DNA of 26,506 nucleotides, taken from NCBI GenBank assembly GCA_048885525.1, contig JBHLLP010000049.1:1-26506 (forward strand), read 5' to 3'. The position numbers and the translations under genes were made by a program. The notes under the pieces were generated by a model. It worked only from the letters and a program-made list of their open reading frames with translations, searched no databases and was not told where the DNA came from. Source of the DNA: Candidatus Hermodarchaeota archaeon. Its GTDB lineage: Archaea > Asgardarchaeota > Lokiarchaeia > Sigyniarchaeales > SOKP01. Shown piece after piece: positions 26,201-26,506 of this stretch (its first letter is position 1; every line of letters begins with the position of its first letter).

Positions 26201-26505
26201 CTACTCCCGTAGTAGGTATATACAATGGAGCACCTTCTTATGATATCACCATAACCGAAGATAATTTAGACCAGTACTGGTACACGCTAAATGGAGGTTC
26301 TCCTATTTATATCACCTCAACGACCGGACCCATAGATTCAACCGAATGGAGCAACCTTCCAGATGGTTCCGTAGAAATTATGTTCTATGCTAATGATATC
26401 GCTGGCAATGAAGGCTTTAGCAGTGTAACTGTCACGAAGGATGCTACCGACCCTATCATAATAATTACCGCTCCACTCGCGGGAGTATATAGTGATGCTC
26501 CTGCG
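23299..26505 (+). CDS. Large surface glycoprotein (partial, >1069 aa): NosD/beta-helix, Ig-like, DUF2341-like, concanavalin/DUF1080-like and further Ig-like repeats
   Basis: Missing from the ORF track because it has no stop in the window. I read frame +1 from ATG 23299 to the end without finding a stop. It has a hydrophobic N-terminus and the motifs WCSGNGTIDDPYIIEN, GNYWDNYTGKDINDDYIGDTPY, WWNSSYTYRVPL, GKDLRIVW, YYLYYG, 2x ES.DPLELG and repeated FYAND.AGNE, plus many N-x-S/T sequons. The exact start is uncertain. Confidence 0.85.
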   Translation, partial: MIVAFESLIIFFGFFSLFFFKNRKCRKFIYYSLLILFSFSLCISSPISIETEQNNNIETPNEDIFIYLKESGSWQIDHIEINQDDSLKTWEVINQTYPWCSGNGTIDDPYIIENVSINAFNYDIGISISNSKGIYFVIKNCQIYNSSIGIQLYTTDDGVIVNNSISNNNNTGILIHNSKRNKIIGNIIHNNSQYGVFLNGPNSKNNQIYKNWFYENGKHAIDESKVNFNSWYNSSTGNYWDNYTGKDINDDYIGDTPYTYIFGSVGAKDLYPIWWDAPCISIIYPLNYSIYTKFAPNFKIIIDEGKGDTFWYELAGKNSSFLLLSGILGEEIIDLFEQDLWDNLYNGTHKIRFYVNDSRGYVGIKEIIVKVIKPLLNNWWNSSYTYRVPLKLVNKHANDLPKGYSVNVSINTVNLISAGKLRNDGKDLRIVWYNATSDVWVELDRVNETYFNTIDTRLWFKTQSPVSPNSYDGCYYLYYGCNDCNDPPTNKSKIYDYFDDFTQTNGPANGWTVINGSWSVINNVYVENSHNVDGRSLINSYTVENASIEIKVNSTAGNFGAGVMFRHLNNQNFYTAGIGFWEYEVAIGKWTDDVPGPLDNTSTYENVLIAGQWYDLKIEVLGSNYLVFLNGILKNNLSDTDHLNAGQIGLMTWTNKSTSYFDDLKIRLLVPNEPLIFLGNEETFIPQINYIEESMDPLELGNKVTITVNVTDLFGIKRVLIEFDGDNHTMFHIGGDLWQNDSWIPASTGNYTYTISCQNNNLKWNYINGSIQVIDTTPPTFSDLTESEDPLELGHIETISIRITDLSGINQVLINIGGHNYSMTSIGGDVWQNASWIPNSIGIKSYTIYMEDNNNNWNSTSGFITVEDTTYPNIIINTPYPNQIFGVNSPIFNVEILDLSLDKMWYTLNIEPTKYFFETNTSIDQTVWNSLSDGFNIIYFYANDTAGNEDSNSVTVIKDTVDPIIIITTPVVGIYNGAPSYDITITEDNLDQYWYTLNGGSPIYITSTTGPIDSTEWSNLPDGSVEIMFYANDIAGNEGFSSVTVTKDATDPIIIITAPLAGVYSDAPA

Positions 26506-26506
26506 T

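Overview
AT-rich archaeal window, very probably from an Asgard archaeon (Lokiarchaeia/Promethearchaeota-like). This assignment is an inference from a Loki-CTERM-type anchor, NosD/Ig-repeat surface proteins, an archaeal-type RNase P RNA and TATA-like promoters. The first 10 kb is a tandem array of at least three paralogous giant genes on the - strand. Two are complete (~1280 aa); the third runs off the window and is missing from the ORF track. Each complete gene encodes a ~950-aa TPR-like helical solenoid with a divergent N-terminal part, fused to a conserved C-terminal carbon-nitrogen hydrolase (nitrilase) domain with an intact E-K-C triad. All three copies carry a near-identical ~42-bp upstream module at the same distance from the ATG, containing a 23-bp dyad centred on a TATA-like box, plus a fixed-position GGTCGAAA motif. 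This co-regulated, diversifying TPR-nitrilase array is the best candidate for an undescribed system. The rest of the window holds, in order: a K+-independent membrane pyrophosphatase (hppA), a deletion scar joining two truncated oxidoreductase genes, an MBL-fold hydrolase, a GNAT, RNase P RNA, a SAM methyltransferase, a rubrerythrin-like protein lacking di-iron ligands with three rubredoxin-like knuckles, an SPFH protein, glutamine synthetase, a small Cys-rich protein, a PPC-repeat surface protein with a perfect 256-bp internal duplication, an unannotated CTG-initiated 38-aa rubredoxin-like gene, a small wHTH protein and a large partial NosD/DUF2341/Ig surface protein.
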